In this document: piece after piece, positions 30,818 to 39,928 of the stretch
Position numbering within the stretch: position 1 is the first letter of the stretch
Layout: every line of letters begins with the position of its first letter
From: Gammaproteobacteria bacterium
Lineage (GTDB): Bacteria; Pseudomonadota; Gammaproteobacteria; Arenicellales; JAANXG01
Direction: 5' to 3'
Length of the DNA: 64,000 bases
NCBI GenBank assembly: GCA_024638505.1
Contig: JAHEKE010000002.1
Span: 31,006 to 95,005 of the forward strand
The notes under the pieces: model-generated
The model's input: the letters and a program-made list of their open reading frames with translations, nothing else
Databases searched by the model: none
Told to the model about the DNA's origin: nothing
Made by a program: the position numbers and the translations under genes

Positions 30818-31453
30818 TCACAGATAATTAGCTTGCCATAAATACCAGCTGGCGATGGAGCGGTAAGGACGCCATCGTTCACCATGCCGCAGCATTTGCT
30901 CAGGCTCAGGATTCGACGGGAGTCCATAGGTAATGCGAAAGCCCTTGAGTACGCCAAGATCACCGGCTGGCAGTATGTCGGCGCGTCCCAGATAAAATAT
31001 CAAAAGCATCTCCGCAGTCCAGACGCCGACCCCATGAACCCTGCGCAGGTGCTGAACTACAGCACTATCTTCCATGCCTCGCAACGCCCTGGGGTGCGGG
31101 ATGGTTCGGTTGATGCAGTGTGCGGCTAGATCCTTTACGGCTTTTAGTTTTGCCCGGGACAATCCCGCTGCCAGCAGTTTTTCGTCAGACAGTGCGAGCA
31201 TTTGGGCTGGACTTGGATAGCGGTTTGGAAACAGGCGCAGCAATTTGCGGTGAATTGATCGCGCTGCCTTGCCTGACAACTGCTGGTACACAATGGAGTG
31301 CAGCAGCGCTTGGAACAGTGTACCGGTATTACGTAGCTTCAACCGGTAGGGACCTACCTGGTCGATGAGCCTGCCAAGCTGCGGGTCGTTACTGTACAAC
31401 CAGTCCACACCACGCTCGACATCGTATGGGTAGTTTCGCGTTTTTGGCTTCAT
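30818..31453 (-). CDS. DNA-3-methyladenine glycosylase II family (HhH-GPD, AlkA-like)
   Basis: QQLSGKAARSI...GLSRAKLKAVKDLA...L..VHGVGVWTAEMLLIF.LGR.DILPAGDLG. This is the HhH-GPD motif with the catalytic Asp. Confidence 0.8.
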   Translation of the reverse strand: MKPKTRNYPYDVERGVDWLYSNDPQLGRLIDQVGPYRLKLRNTGTLFQALLHSIVYQQLSGKAARSIHRKLLRLFPNRYPSPAQMLALSDEKLLAAGLSRAKLKAVKDLAAHCINRTIPHPRALRGMEDSAVVQHLRRVHGVGVWTAEMLLIFYLGRADILPAGDLGVLKGFRITYGLPSNPEPEQMLRHGERWRPYRSIASWYLWQANYL

Positions 31454-31702
31454 TGTCTAGTCGCGGTCCGTGCGCGGGTGTTGTAGCTGCGCATTGACCA
31501 GCTTAGCGATGTCACATCAGCCATCGTTTGCCCAATTATGCTCTAATGTTGGCACGGGTCGCGCTCGATGACGAATTTAAATCAGTCACGCAGCGTTGCT
31601 CTATACTGCACCGTATGGGCCGAGTACGCGACATGATATCGATTTGACGGTTTATCTGTTAAGCTTTACCAAGGGGGATAAGCGAGGCCTGGGGATTTTA
31701 GG

Positions 31703-32209
31703 GTGGAGGACAATAGCAAGACGAATACGGAGAATGGAGGTGACACCTGCGTGAGCCGTTCTGAACGTCGCTCGAGTGAGGACCGTCGCCGCAATCATCT
31801 ACGGGCGTTTACCGCACAGTTTAGTAATCCCCCGCGCCGAAGCGTTAAGGGTCGTCGCGAAACCGATACCCATGGTTTCTGTGTAGATGTGCACGAACCA
31901 GAGCTGCTAATTGTCATTCTCGCGACGCTGTCTTTATGCGTAGTCGACGTTTATGCCACCCTGACTATACTTCAGCGTGGTGGCAGCGAGCTCAATCCTG
32001 TTATGCGCGCGCTTATCGAAGCCGACGTGTGGCTATTTTTCATATTCAAGTATGTGGTAACAGCCGGTGGGCTGCTGGTGTTGCTGAGCTATAAGAATTT
32101 CCGCCTGTACCGGAAATTCTCCGGTATGCATACGCTGTATGGCATTCTGCTTGTCTACATACTGCTCGTGATATACGAAGTAAGGCTGCTCGCTCTCGCG
32201 TTCAGCTGA
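31703..32209 (+). CDS. DUF5658-like membrane protein with an Arg-rich N-terminal region
   Basis: GTG start. The N-terminal 60 aa contain ERRSSEDRRRN and PPRRSVKGRRETD. These are followed by helices with D.YATL..L..GG.E.NP.M. DUF5658 assignment is from memory. Confidence 0.6.
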   Translation: MEDNSKTNTENGGDTCVSRSERRSSEDRRRNHLRAFTAQFSNPPRRSVKGRRETDTHGFCVDVHEPELLIVILATLSLCVVDVYATLTILQRGGSELNPVMRALIEADVWLFFIFKYVVTAGGLLVLLSYKNFRLYRKFSGMHTLYGILLVYILLVIYEVRLLALAFS

Positions 32210-32248
32210 TTGGGCCTGCGCTCGGCGTGCTGCGTATTAACAGCATCG

Positions 32249-33901
32249 CTATCCGCTGCGCACCGGCCGCAGAGGAGCACAATCCCGGCTCATTTCTACC
32301 AGCTTCATAAACTCGTCGAAATCATCGATTATGGCATCAGGTTTATGTGGGTAGCGGGGTGTGCCTGGAAAAATTCTATTGATCCAAGCATCACTCCACT
32401 GTGCGCCGTTGTAGAAGACGCTGGTAACTCCGGCGAATTTTGCAGACGTCGTGTCGGTAGTGCTGTCTCCCACGTACCAGACGTGGGCGTCAGCTGCTGC
32501 ATGCAGATTGTCAATCGCTTTGAGGATCGGGTCGGGTGCTGGTTTGCGCCGCGCTGTGTCGTCACCGGCAACTACGGTGTCAAACAAATGAGTCCACCCG
32601 GTTCCCTCGATTCTGTCCAGCTCCAGCAGCAGGAACTCGCGGTCGCGGTTGCTGAGGACACCGGTGACGATGCGCAGCTGCTTTAGTTTCTGCAGCATCC
32701 GGTGCACCCCGGGTTCAAACGGTTCAACCGAGCCGAAATGGTCTCGATAGCATTGGTTGAATGCCTCATGCGCGAGCCGTTTGGCCTCATCATCTTTTCC
32801 AAACAGCACCTCAAATATATCTGTGCGGGAGATCTTACGCGCAGCTTTGATCTTTGGGTGAAGCTGGTGAAATCTGCGCACATATTTGACCAGCTTTCGA
32901 TCCTCCTCGTTGCGGCTTAAGGCGGGATCAAGCAGTCGCTGTGCCAGCCCCAGTGATTCCAACTTCGGCAGCATGTCGTCTATGGCGTGGTACATCGCGT
33001 CCAGCGTATCTGCTAGGGTGGCGTGCCAATCGAACAGTACGATTCTCGGCGGTGCAAGCGGTTCGAGTCGACGGGTATATGGTATGAAGTGGTGCTTCGT
33101 TGCCGATGTGCTCTCATCAATAGCAGCTTCTACCAGGAGCTGCAGGTCTGAAAAATTATCCACTACATAGTCGGGTTGGTGCGGAAACGCCTCTGTGCCC
33201 GGAAAAATAGTCTTTATCCAGTTTTTACGCCAGCCAGCGCCATTGAAAAAGATGCTGGTAACGCCCGCCCGCTTGGCCGATATGGCATCGGTAGTGCTGT
33301 CACCAACATACCAGACGTCGGCCCCTGCAACCGCTTTCATGTCATCCAGCGCGCGCAGTACAGGGTCGGGAGCGGGCTTCAATCGTGCGCTGTCATCACC
33401 CGCAACCACGCTGTCGAAGAGTGCAAACCACGACCCGTTCTCTATTACATCCAGCTCATGCAGAAGGAATTCTCGCGCACGATTGCTTAAAATACCGATT
33501 CTGATGCCGTGTCTGCGCAGCCGTGACAAGACGTTTCTAATTCCGCTTTCAAATGGCTGCACGTCGCCATAGTGGTGGCGGTAGCAACGGCTGTAGGCAG
33601 CGTGGGCGATTTCCTTGGCTTCCTCGTCATCGCCGAACAGCACTTCCAGCAGATCGGTGCGTGAAACTTTGCGGCCGGACACAATTTTCGGGTGTAGCCG
33701 GTGATGCTGGCGTACATAGTCCACCAGCTTCAGATCGTCTTCGGTTTTACTTCTGTCTGAATTGACCAGACGATGTTCCAGCCCCAGCTTGTCCACCATG
33801 GACAGCATGTCGTCCATAGCGCTATACATCGCATCCATGGTGTCTACCAGCGTGGCGTGCCAGTCAAACAATATGATCCGGGGTGCCTGAGGAGTGTGCA
33901 T
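32249..33901 (-). CDS. tandem double-HAD hydrolase (two complete Gph-like HAD modules) with non-canonical motif I
   Basis: 550 aa. Both halves carry LFDWHATL(V/A)DT (motif I), GILSNR/GVLSNR (II), (L/R)KPAPDP (III) and WYVGDSTTD (IV). Confidence 0.85.
   Translation of the reverse strand: MHTPQAPRIILFDWHATLVDTMDAMYSAMDDMLSMVDKLGLEHRLVNSDRSKTEDDLKLVDYVRQHHRLHPKIVSGRKVSRTDLLEVLFGDDEEAKEIAHAAYSRCYRHHYGDVQPFESGIRNVLSRLRRHGIRIGILSNRAREFLLHELDVIENGSWFALFDSVVAGDDSARLKPAPDPVLRALDDMKAVAGADVWYVGDSTTDAISAKRAGVTSIFFNGAGWRKNWIKTIFPGTEAFPHQPDYVVDNFSDLQLLVEAAIDESTSATKHHFIPYTRRLEPLAPPRIVLFDWHATLADTLDAMYHAIDDMLPKLESLGLAQRLLDPALSRNEEDRKLVKYVRRFHQLHPKIKAARKISRTDIFEVLFGKDDEAKRLAHEAFNQCYRDHFGSVEPFEPGVHRMLQKLKQLRIVTGVLSNRDREFLLLELDRIEGTGWTHLFDTVVAGDDTARRKPAPDPILKAIDNLHAAADAHVWYVGDSTTDTTSAKFAGVTSVFYNGAQWSDAWINRIFPGTPRYPHKPDAIIDDFDEFMKLVEMSRDCAPLRPVRSG
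32294..33886 (-). repeat. intragenic tandem duplication (~253 codons x2, offset 278 codons) inside the double-HAD gene
   Basis: aa 6-258 align without gaps to aa 284-536. I counted 31 of 53 identities over the first 53 aligned positions. All four HAD motifs are kept in both copies. Confidence 0.85.
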
Positions 33902-34185
33902 GTTTCGACTTATTCAGTTTGACCAGATCGATGTGGCAGCGTCGCGCAAGAGGCAATCTTGGCCCGCTACCGACTTTAACGATTCTTCGATTGCTTGAGG
34001 TAAAATTGACCATTGCTAACTAATGCTACGCCATATAACAAATGTAATGAAATGGGTCTGCGTGAGGTGTTACGGGAAAAAATTCGGCCGCCGGGCGTAT
34101 GTTTTAGACTGCGTTGCAACCACAAAACGAAAACGAGGTCTAATGGGTCGACCCTGTAACACTACGTTTGATACTGGGCCATACC

Positions 34186-34665
34186 ATGCGATTCAGAATA
34201 CCTAAATCCTATTCTGTTGCCGATAGACAGTACTTTGATGAGGATTTACAGCAGGATTCCCTGGATCTGCTCGAAGCTTCGGCAGCATTAGAGGTCAAAG
34301 AGTTCAAGCTGTTTGAGCTGGCTTACCTTCAATGGCACGGCAAAAAACCACTGCCCCACGTTATCGAGGCGCACTTTTCCAACTACATGTTCAATAAAAT
34401 TATCCCGGTGTGGGTAAGGAGTTACTCACGCCAGGTGGTGAAGCTGCACAGGTCAGGCAGCCTGAATCCCAGGGCGTTTGGTGTTTATCAGCCGTTGCCC
34501 AGTAAGCGTCTGATTTTTATTGGGCGCGCTTTCACCACACTATTAATTTTAATTTTCATAGTGTTTGTCCTGCTGCTCAATGTAAATTCGCCAACCGCTC
34601 ATTCATTGTTTGGGCGGGCTGATACACCGCAACAGGAAACGCCTCAGCATAACGCTATGCCTTAG
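34186..34665 (+). CDS. hypothetical membrane-anchored protein
   Basis: The ATG at 34186 gives MRFRIPKS.... One strong C-terminal TM helix (FTTLLILIFIVFVLLL). No family recognised. Confidence 0.4.
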   Translation: MRFRIPKSYSVADRQYFDEDLQQDSLDLLEASAALEVKEFKLFELAYLQWHGKKPLPHVIEAHFSNYMFNKIIPVWVRSYSRQVVKLHRSGSLNPRAFGVYQPLPSKRLIFIGRAFTTLLILIFIVFVLLLNVNSPTAHSLFGRADTPQQETPQHNAMP

Positions 34666-34676
34666 GCGCACACCGA

Positions 34677-36065
34677 TTAAATCTTTGTTTTCAAATGGTA
34701 AGACTTTGGCCGCGTAAGGTAATCAAAGCCAAGCCGTGAGAGGGTACAGCCCCGGCCTGAATTCTTAACTCCCGTCCAGGCCAGCGCTGGATCAAGGTAG
34801 TCACAACGATTCATAAACCAGGTCCCGGTATCAACCTGGTCGCCAATACTCACCGCGGCGTCTTCATCAGCGGTAAAGATGCTGGCGGTTAAGCCGTACT
34901 TGCTGTCATTCATCAGATCTATCGCCTGCTGGTCGTCGCGCACCTGCATGATGCCAACCACTGGCCCGAAGCTCTCTTCTGTCATCACCGCCATACCATG
35001 GTCAACTGAGGTTAGAACCTGCGGTGCCAGATAAGGCGTGTCTGCTTTATTCATAGCGAAAGCGCCGACGTCGATGTGGGCCCGGGCGCCGGCTGCGACA
35101 GCCTGCGCGGTCTGATCACGAACCAAGTCAGCCGCGGACGTCTTGACCATGGGTCCGAGAGTAGTGTCGGCAGCGTCGGGTCGTCCCAGTCTGTACTGTT
35201 GCACCAAATCAACAAAACCTGAAACGAAGGACTGATAAACTTTCTGCTGCACGTATATCCGCTCGATGCCACAACAGGATTGACCGCTGTTGAAAAATGC
35301 GCCGTCGGCCGTGGTTTCTATCGCATGCTCAAGATCCGCATCTGCACGTATGTAAGCGGGATCTTTACCTCCCAGTTCAAGTCCGAGATTAATAAACTGG
35401 CCGGCGGCGCTCTGTTCGACGCTGTGACCACCGGCCACTGACCCGGTAAAAGCGACAAAATCAATCATGCGGGATTGAATGATTGACTTGGCGCCATCAT
35501 GGGTCGTGTGCAGGTATTGAAATACCCCAGCTGGTAGGCCAGCTTGCTCGAAAGCCTGTGCGTAGCGTTCTGCACACAGCGGTGTCTGTACCGAATGTTT
35601 TAAAACGACGGCATTACCTGCGAGAATTGCCGGCACGACCGCGTTTACTGAAGTGAGATAGGGATAGTTCCAGGGTGCGACCACGAATACCACGCCGAGT
35701 GGCTCGTGCCGAATGAAGCGGGTAAATCCGTCTTTGGGCTCAATCTGCTCCGGCTCGAGGGATGCGTCAGCGACAGAAATCATGTAACGCGCCCGTTCCT
35801 CCAAGCCGGCGATTTCACCGGGAGTGAAAGCGATTGGCCTGCCCATCTGCCAGGTCAATTCCTCCGCGATGTCGGATTTCTTATCGACCAAGAAATCAAT
35901 TGCACGACTGCACAGCGCCATTCTCTCGCTGACGTCAGTGCGGCGCCATTCTTTCTGTGCCTGCATCGCCAGGTCGAGCGCGGCCCGTATCTGCTGATCT
36001 GTGGCGAAGTTCCGTTCAACATAAACCGATCCGTCTACGGGGGTAATGGTTTGAAACTTGTTCAT
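34677..36065 (-). CDS. NAD(P)-dependent aldehyde dehydrogenase
   Basis: 462 aa. ALDH motifs VAPWNYP, FTGS...G, ELGGKDP, FFNSGQSCCGIER, EESFGPV. GGAG Shine-Dalgarno about 6 nt upstream. Confidence 0.9.
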   Translation of the reverse strand: MNKFQTITPVDGSVYVERNFATDQQIRAALDLAMQAQKEWRRTDVSERMALCSRAIDFLVDKKSDIAEELTWQMGRPIAFTPGEIAGLEERARYMISVADASLEPEQIEPKDGFTRFIRHEPLGVVFVVAPWNYPYLTSVNAVVPAILAGNAVVLKHSVQTPLCAERYAQAFEQAGLPAGVFQYLHTTHDGAKSIIQSRMIDFVAFTGSVAGGHSVEQSAAGQFINLGLELGGKDPAYIRADADLEHAIETTADGAFFNSGQSCCGIERIYVQQKVYQSFVSGFVDLVQQYRLGRPDAADTTLGPMVKTSAADLVRDQTAQAVAAGARAHIDVGAFAMNKADTPYLAPQVLTSVDHGMAVMTEESFGPVVGIMQVRDDQQAIDLMNDSKYGLTASIFTADEDAAVSIGDQVDTGTWFMNRCDYLDPALAWTGVKNSGRGCTLSRLGFDYLTRPKSYHLKTKI

Positions 36066-36319
36066 AATTGACTCCGGTTAAGGTTAACCTTGTGTAGAGT
36101 AAAGGCAGCCTGAGCACCGGCATTGCAGCCAGGAGTAAACATTGTATATGGGCAGCTGAGCAGGTGGAATCATGCCTTTGTTGACATCGGGTTGAAAGCA
36201 AGAGCGACTGGTGCAACGCTTGTATGGAGGTGAGGCAAACTTAAGTTCGACTTCAACGTTCACCAGTTTTCGGCTGTCCTCAGCCGGGGCCACCTGTGCT
36301 TTCGACCCGATACGGGCGG

Positions 36320-37165
36320 TTAAGACGAGAGGCGCAGCAGTATGATGCCAGCGCAAACAATGATTGCCGCGATAATGCGACGGCCTCCCATCGCCTCTTT
36401 GAAGATCAGCGCACCGATAAGCGCTGCGGCAATAATCGACGTTTCGCGCAGCGCAGCAACCAGGGGAATCGGGCTCACCGTCATGGCCCAAACGACCAGC
36501 CAGTAAGCAAGCAAAGAGAGCGCCGCGCCGACCACGTTAAGTTGCCAGCCCGCTTGCAGGACCCGCAGCGTCTCGCGCCGGTAGCGGCACAGAGCAAAAA
36601 CGGACAAAGGCAAGGCGTCGAATACGAACAGCCACACCATGTATGCATGGACGTTGGCGGACAGCCTGCCGCCGACCCCGTCAACCAGGGTATACGCGCT
36701 GATGAAAACTGCGGTGGATAAGGCATAACCCACAGCAGCTCGATCATGCACGGCGATGGCTGAACGACTGAGGCAGAAAACAAAGATGCCCAGCACGATT
36801 ACAGCAACGGCCGCATACTCGGATCCGGTCAGAGCATCGCCGATCACCCACACGCCCCACAGTGTGATGACCAGGGGAGATACGCCGCGTGCAATGGGAT
36901 ATACCTGGGCAAAATCACCGTGCCGGTAGGCATAGATCAGGCTGACGTAATAGCCGGTATGCAGCACAACGGAAGCGAAGATATAGGGCCAGCTTGTGCG
37001 TTCAGGCGTACCGATAAACGGCATTAAGGGCAGCGCCAGCACCCCCCCCAGCAAGACTATTGACACCATGGAGAACAATGGATCTTGGGCGGATTTGACG
37101 ATGGCATTCCATGCCGCATGGGCCACGGCGGCCGTCAAAACTACTGTTGTAGTAAACGAATCCAC
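36320..37165 (-). CDS. EamA/DMT-family transporter
   Basis: 281 aa, 10 hydrophobic segments arranged as two 5-TM halves. GTG start. Confidence 0.8.
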   Translation of the reverse strand: MDSFTTTVVLTAAVAHAAWNAIVKSAQDPLFSMVSIVLLGGVLALPLMPFIGTPERTSWPYIFASVVLHTGYYVSLIYAYRHGDFAQVYPIARGVSPLVITLWGVWVIGDALTGSEYAAVAVIVLGIFVFCLSRSAIAVHDRAAVGYALSTAVFISAYTLVDGVGGRLSANVHAYMVWLFVFDALPLSVFALCRYRRETLRVLQAGWQLNVVGAALSLLAYWLVVWAMTVSPIPLVAALRETSIIAAALIGALIFKEAMGGRRIIAAIIVCAGIILLRLSS

Positions 37166-37278
37166 GGTATCAGCGTGATGTTCCTTGCGGTGACGCCGGT
37201 TAAAGCGAGCTACACAACCTGTCCGGCGCGCTATACGACAGATTGGTTTACGGGGTGGTAAGCAATCCTGCCCCGGTG

Positions 37279-38412
37279 TCAGCGAAATTGGTTCATTGTG
37301 CTGCTAATGGCAGCCAGCGCCCCGCGTATTTCCTTCTCGCCAAGTCGGCCGATGCAGCCGATTCTGAAACTTTCCGCCACGGTAAGTTTGCCCGGGTAAA
37401 TGACGTATCCCTGCTGCACCAGGCTGTCGTAAAAACTTTTGAAATCAAACTTGGTTTCGCTCGGTATATGAAAAGTGACGATAATCGGAGCCTGCAGGTC
37501 GTCCGGGAGCAGGGTGCGGAAACCCATGTCACGCATACCTTTGACTAGGGTACGGCAGTTGTTGCGATAGCGCTCACCGCGGCCTTCCACCCCACCTTCC
37601 TGTTCAAATTCATCCAGCGCTTGATTGAATGCGAGTATCGCGTGCGTCGGTGGGGTAAACCGCCATTGGCCGTTACCCTCCATGGCAACCCACTGGTCGT
37701 GTAGATCCATGCACAGAGAGTGTGAGTTTCCCTGAGCGGTTGCGAGCGCTCCCCTGTCGGCGATACAAAAACCCATTCCCGGTGATCCCTCCAGACATTT
37801 GTTGCTGGATGCGACCACCGCGTCGAATTTAATGCTGTGAGAAGATAAAGGTATTGCGCCAAAAGCGCTCATCGCATCGATCAGCAGGCGTCGTTCGTGC
37901 CGGGCAACTATCTCAGCTACCTGTTTGATCGGATTTAAGATACCGGAGGTGGTCTCACAATGCACCACCGCAACGTGGCTGATGCTGGCGTCTTGACTCA
38001 GCTTACTGTTCAGCCGCTTGAGGTCTACCGGCACGTCTTCCGCAGTTTCCACTGTAGTGTATTCGCGTCCGATGTATGAACAGATCTTCGCGATACGATG
38101 ACCATAGGCGCCGTTTATCAGGATGAGCAACTTTCCGTTGCGCGGTACGAAAGTTCCTACCATGGCTTCTACGACGAACGTCCCGCTGCCCTGCAAGGGC
38201 ACGCACACGTGCGTATCGGCACCTTCTACAATAGCCACGAGACGTTTCCGTATCTGCGCGTTGATATCAATAAAGGTTTTGTCCCTCGATCCGTAGTCGT
38301 GCAGCATGGCCTGCTTTACTGTGACGGAGGTGGTCAGCGGGCCCGGGGTCAGCAGCCAGGGGTCACCGGTGGGTGAGCCGGCGCGGTGCAGGGTGGGGGT
38401 AGACGATTGCAT
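37279..38412 (-). CDS. phnW: 2-aminoethylphosphonate--pyruvate transaminase
   Basis: Collinear with Salmonella PhnW as I recall it: LLTPGPLTTS.TVK.AML.D.GS.D..F......IR..L, LQGSG.F.VEA, NGAYG.R, ETT.G.LNP, DAMS.FG.IP, SSNKC..G.PG..F, WRFT.P.TH...AF.QAL.E...EGG, FRIG.IG. Confidence 0.85.
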   Translation of the reverse strand: MQSSTPTLHRAGSPTGDPWLLTPGPLTTSVTVKQAMLHDYGSRDKTFIDINAQIRKRLVAIVEGADTHVCVPLQGSGTFVVEAMVGTFVPRNGKLLILINGAYGHRIAKICSYIGREYTTVETAEDVPVDLKRLNSKLSQDASISHVAVVHCETTSGILNPIKQVAEIVARHERRLLIDAMSAFGAIPLSSHSIKFDAVVASSNKCLEGSPGMGFCIADRGALATAQGNSHSLCMDLHDQWVAMEGNGQWRFTPPTHAILAFNQALDEFEQEGGVEGRGERYRNNCRTLVKGMRDMGFRTLLPDDLQAPIIVTFHIPSETKFDFKSFYDSLVQQGYVIYPGKLTVAESFRIGCIGRLGEKEIRGALAAISSTMNQFR

Positions 38413-38448
38413 CAGAATAATTCCGTGTTAAGAGGTAAGTATTTGATA

Positions 38449-38495
38449 TTTATACAGGTATTAAGCAGATTAAAGCAAATTCATAAAATTCATAA
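38449..38495 (-). promoter_or_regulatory. candidate sigma70 promoter of phnW with an abutting tandem 9-mer
   Basis: On the minus strand: TTATGAATT TTATGAATT (38495-38478), then TTGCTT (-35, 38478-38473), an 18-nt spacer, and TATAAA (-10, 38454-38449). This lies about 37 nt upstream of the phnW ATG, inside a 128-bp AT-rich gap. Confidence 0.3.
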
Positions 38496-38540
38496 TGCTA
38501 ATGCGCGACGTAGAGTGTGGGACTCAAGTGCGCACGGCAG

Positions 38541-39062
38541 TTATTGCTCTTCTTCCAGGTAGCGCTGGAACACCGCTTTTGTATCGGGGGTTACCGGGTT
38601 AATTTTACCGCCAGTCACCTCGTCCACGGTCATGAACTCCCCGCTTTCCACCTCCTCTCGCTGCAGCGTAAAGGGGCCGTCGTGAACGCAGGAGAAAACC
38701 TGGCCCCAGCAGCGATTGTTGTTTTGTTCAAAAAAATACTTGAAATGCGCCGTCAGCGGTTGGTCTACGCCAAGTTCTTCCCAGGCCTCTCTTTTAGCCG
38801 ACTGCGCGTAGCTTTCGCCTGCACAAACCACGCCACCGGCGGCAAGGTCATAGTAGCCCGGATATAAGTCCTTCGTCTTTGTTCGTTTTTGGACAAACAG
38901 TCTGCCCAACGAGTCGAACACCAGGATATAGGTGACGCGGTGCAGCAGCCCCCTTGCCCGCATAATTGGCCGAGGCACCTCCCCGACCACATCGTCCCGC
39001 TCATCCACGATCAGCACAATTTCCGCTGCGGGATCCGCCGCTTCCTTTTTAGACTGGCTCAT
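38541..39062 (-). CDS. Nudix hydrolase (YfcD/IDI-like subgroup)
   Basis: Nudix box GGVVCAGESYAQSAKREAWEELGV, preceded by HRVTYILVFDS.GRLFVQKRT..KD.YPG. The start overlaps the upstream stop by 4 nt. Confidence 0.8.
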   Translation of the reverse strand: MSQSKKEAADPAAEIVLIVDERDDVVGEVPRPIMRARGLLHRVTYILVFDSLGRLFVQKRTKTKDLYPGYYDLAAGGVVCAGESYAQSAKREAWEELGVDQPLTAHFKYFFEQNNNRCWGQVFSCVHDGPFTLQREEVESGEFMTVDEVTGGKINPVTPDTKAVFQRYLEEEQ

Positions 39063-39913
39063 GGCATGTGGGGCAGGACGAGCAGCTCTATCCAGTTGCG
39101 CACTTCGGCCTGGCGTATGTCGGGATCCATAACGTCCTGGTCAATCCCCAGCAGCCAGGCCAGATCCTTGCGCGCGGGGTCCCGGTGTAGCGTTTCCAGC
39201 GTATCCACGAAATTTTGCGCATCCTCGAGGCTGCTGAAAAATCCCTTAGTAACAAGCTTCTGCTTGCGGCAATAGCACAGCCTGGCCAGTTCGTGTAAGT
39301 CATACTCAGGGTGATACTGCGGCGCCCAGAAAATCCCTCCCTGCCATACCACGGAGACCGACTGAATCCTGGTAAAGTCGTTGCCCGCCAGCACCAGGCC
39401 AGCCGCGGGCATGTGGGTGATCTCGTCGTCATGGCTGATAAAAGCATCGAATACTCTCTTCTTGCCGCGGTACATCGGGTGCGCCATACCTTCCTCGGTG
39501 AGCGAAATTTTTCGGGCTATACCCATCTCCCTGCCGCGGGGGTGGGCCTGACATCGACCACCTGCGGCCACCGCTGCGATCTGCGCCGCCCAGCAAGAGC
39601 CAAAGCTGGGGATCTTCGCTTTGAACGCGGCACGCGCGAACTCGATCTGGTTTTTTACTTCGTCCGTATCGTGGTAAATGGTAAGACTGGAACCGGTCCA
39701 TGCGATACCGTGATATTGTTCAATGGCGGCACCGGCCGGCAGCGTGGCATCTGCATCCGCCGGACAAAGCACGTCTACCACGGCACCCTCGCAGCAGCTC
39801 TGCAGCATTTGACGATACAGCTCGCCAGCAGTGGTTGCTCCGCCTGCTGTCAGGTCTTCCCGGCCGGCCTTGGAATAACCATCAAGAACAAGAAAATGGG
39901 GGCTGTTAGCCAT
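39059..39913 (-). CDS. class-I glutamine-amidotransferase-like protein (stand-alone, GuaA/COG0518-type fold)
   Basis: Nucleophile elbow FGSCWAAQ, H.DEI..MP, and the His-Glu pair in QYHPEYD. It has an about 70-aa C-terminal extension. Confidence 0.7.
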   Translation of the reverse strand: MANSPHFLVLDGYSKAGREDLTAGGATTAGELYRQMLQSCCEGAVVDVLCPADADATLPAGAAIEQYHGIAWTGSSLTIYHDTDEVKNQIEFARAAFKAKIPSFGSCWAAQIAAVAAGGRCQAHPRGREMGIARKISLTEEGMAHPMYRGKKRVFDAFISHDDEITHMPAAGLVLAGNDFTRIQSVSVVWQGGIFWAPQYHPEYDLHELARLCYCRKQKLVTKGFFSSLEDAQNFVDTLETLHRDPARKDLAWLLGIDQDVMDPDIRQAEVRNWIELLVLPHMP

Positions 39914-39928
39914 GGCCGTCGTCCTCCA

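Noticed and set aside
34677-36065. Calling the aldehyde dehydrogenase PhnY (phosphonoacetaldehyde dehydrogenase) because of its proximity to phnW.
   Set aside because: The residues flanking the catalytic Asn and Cys (WNYP, GQSCCG) do not show the basic residues I recall being used by PhnY to bind the phosphonate. No PhnA is present either. I kept it as a generic ALDH pending an alignment.
36080-36091. A 12-bp perfect palindrome, AAGGTTAACCTT, 15 nt upstream of the ALDH start codon, considered as an operator.
   Set aside because: It is a single occurrence within the 5' UTR next to the Shine-Dalgarno sequence. It contains an HpaI-type GTTAAC core that is common by chance in AT-rich leaders, and I have no partner regulator or second site.
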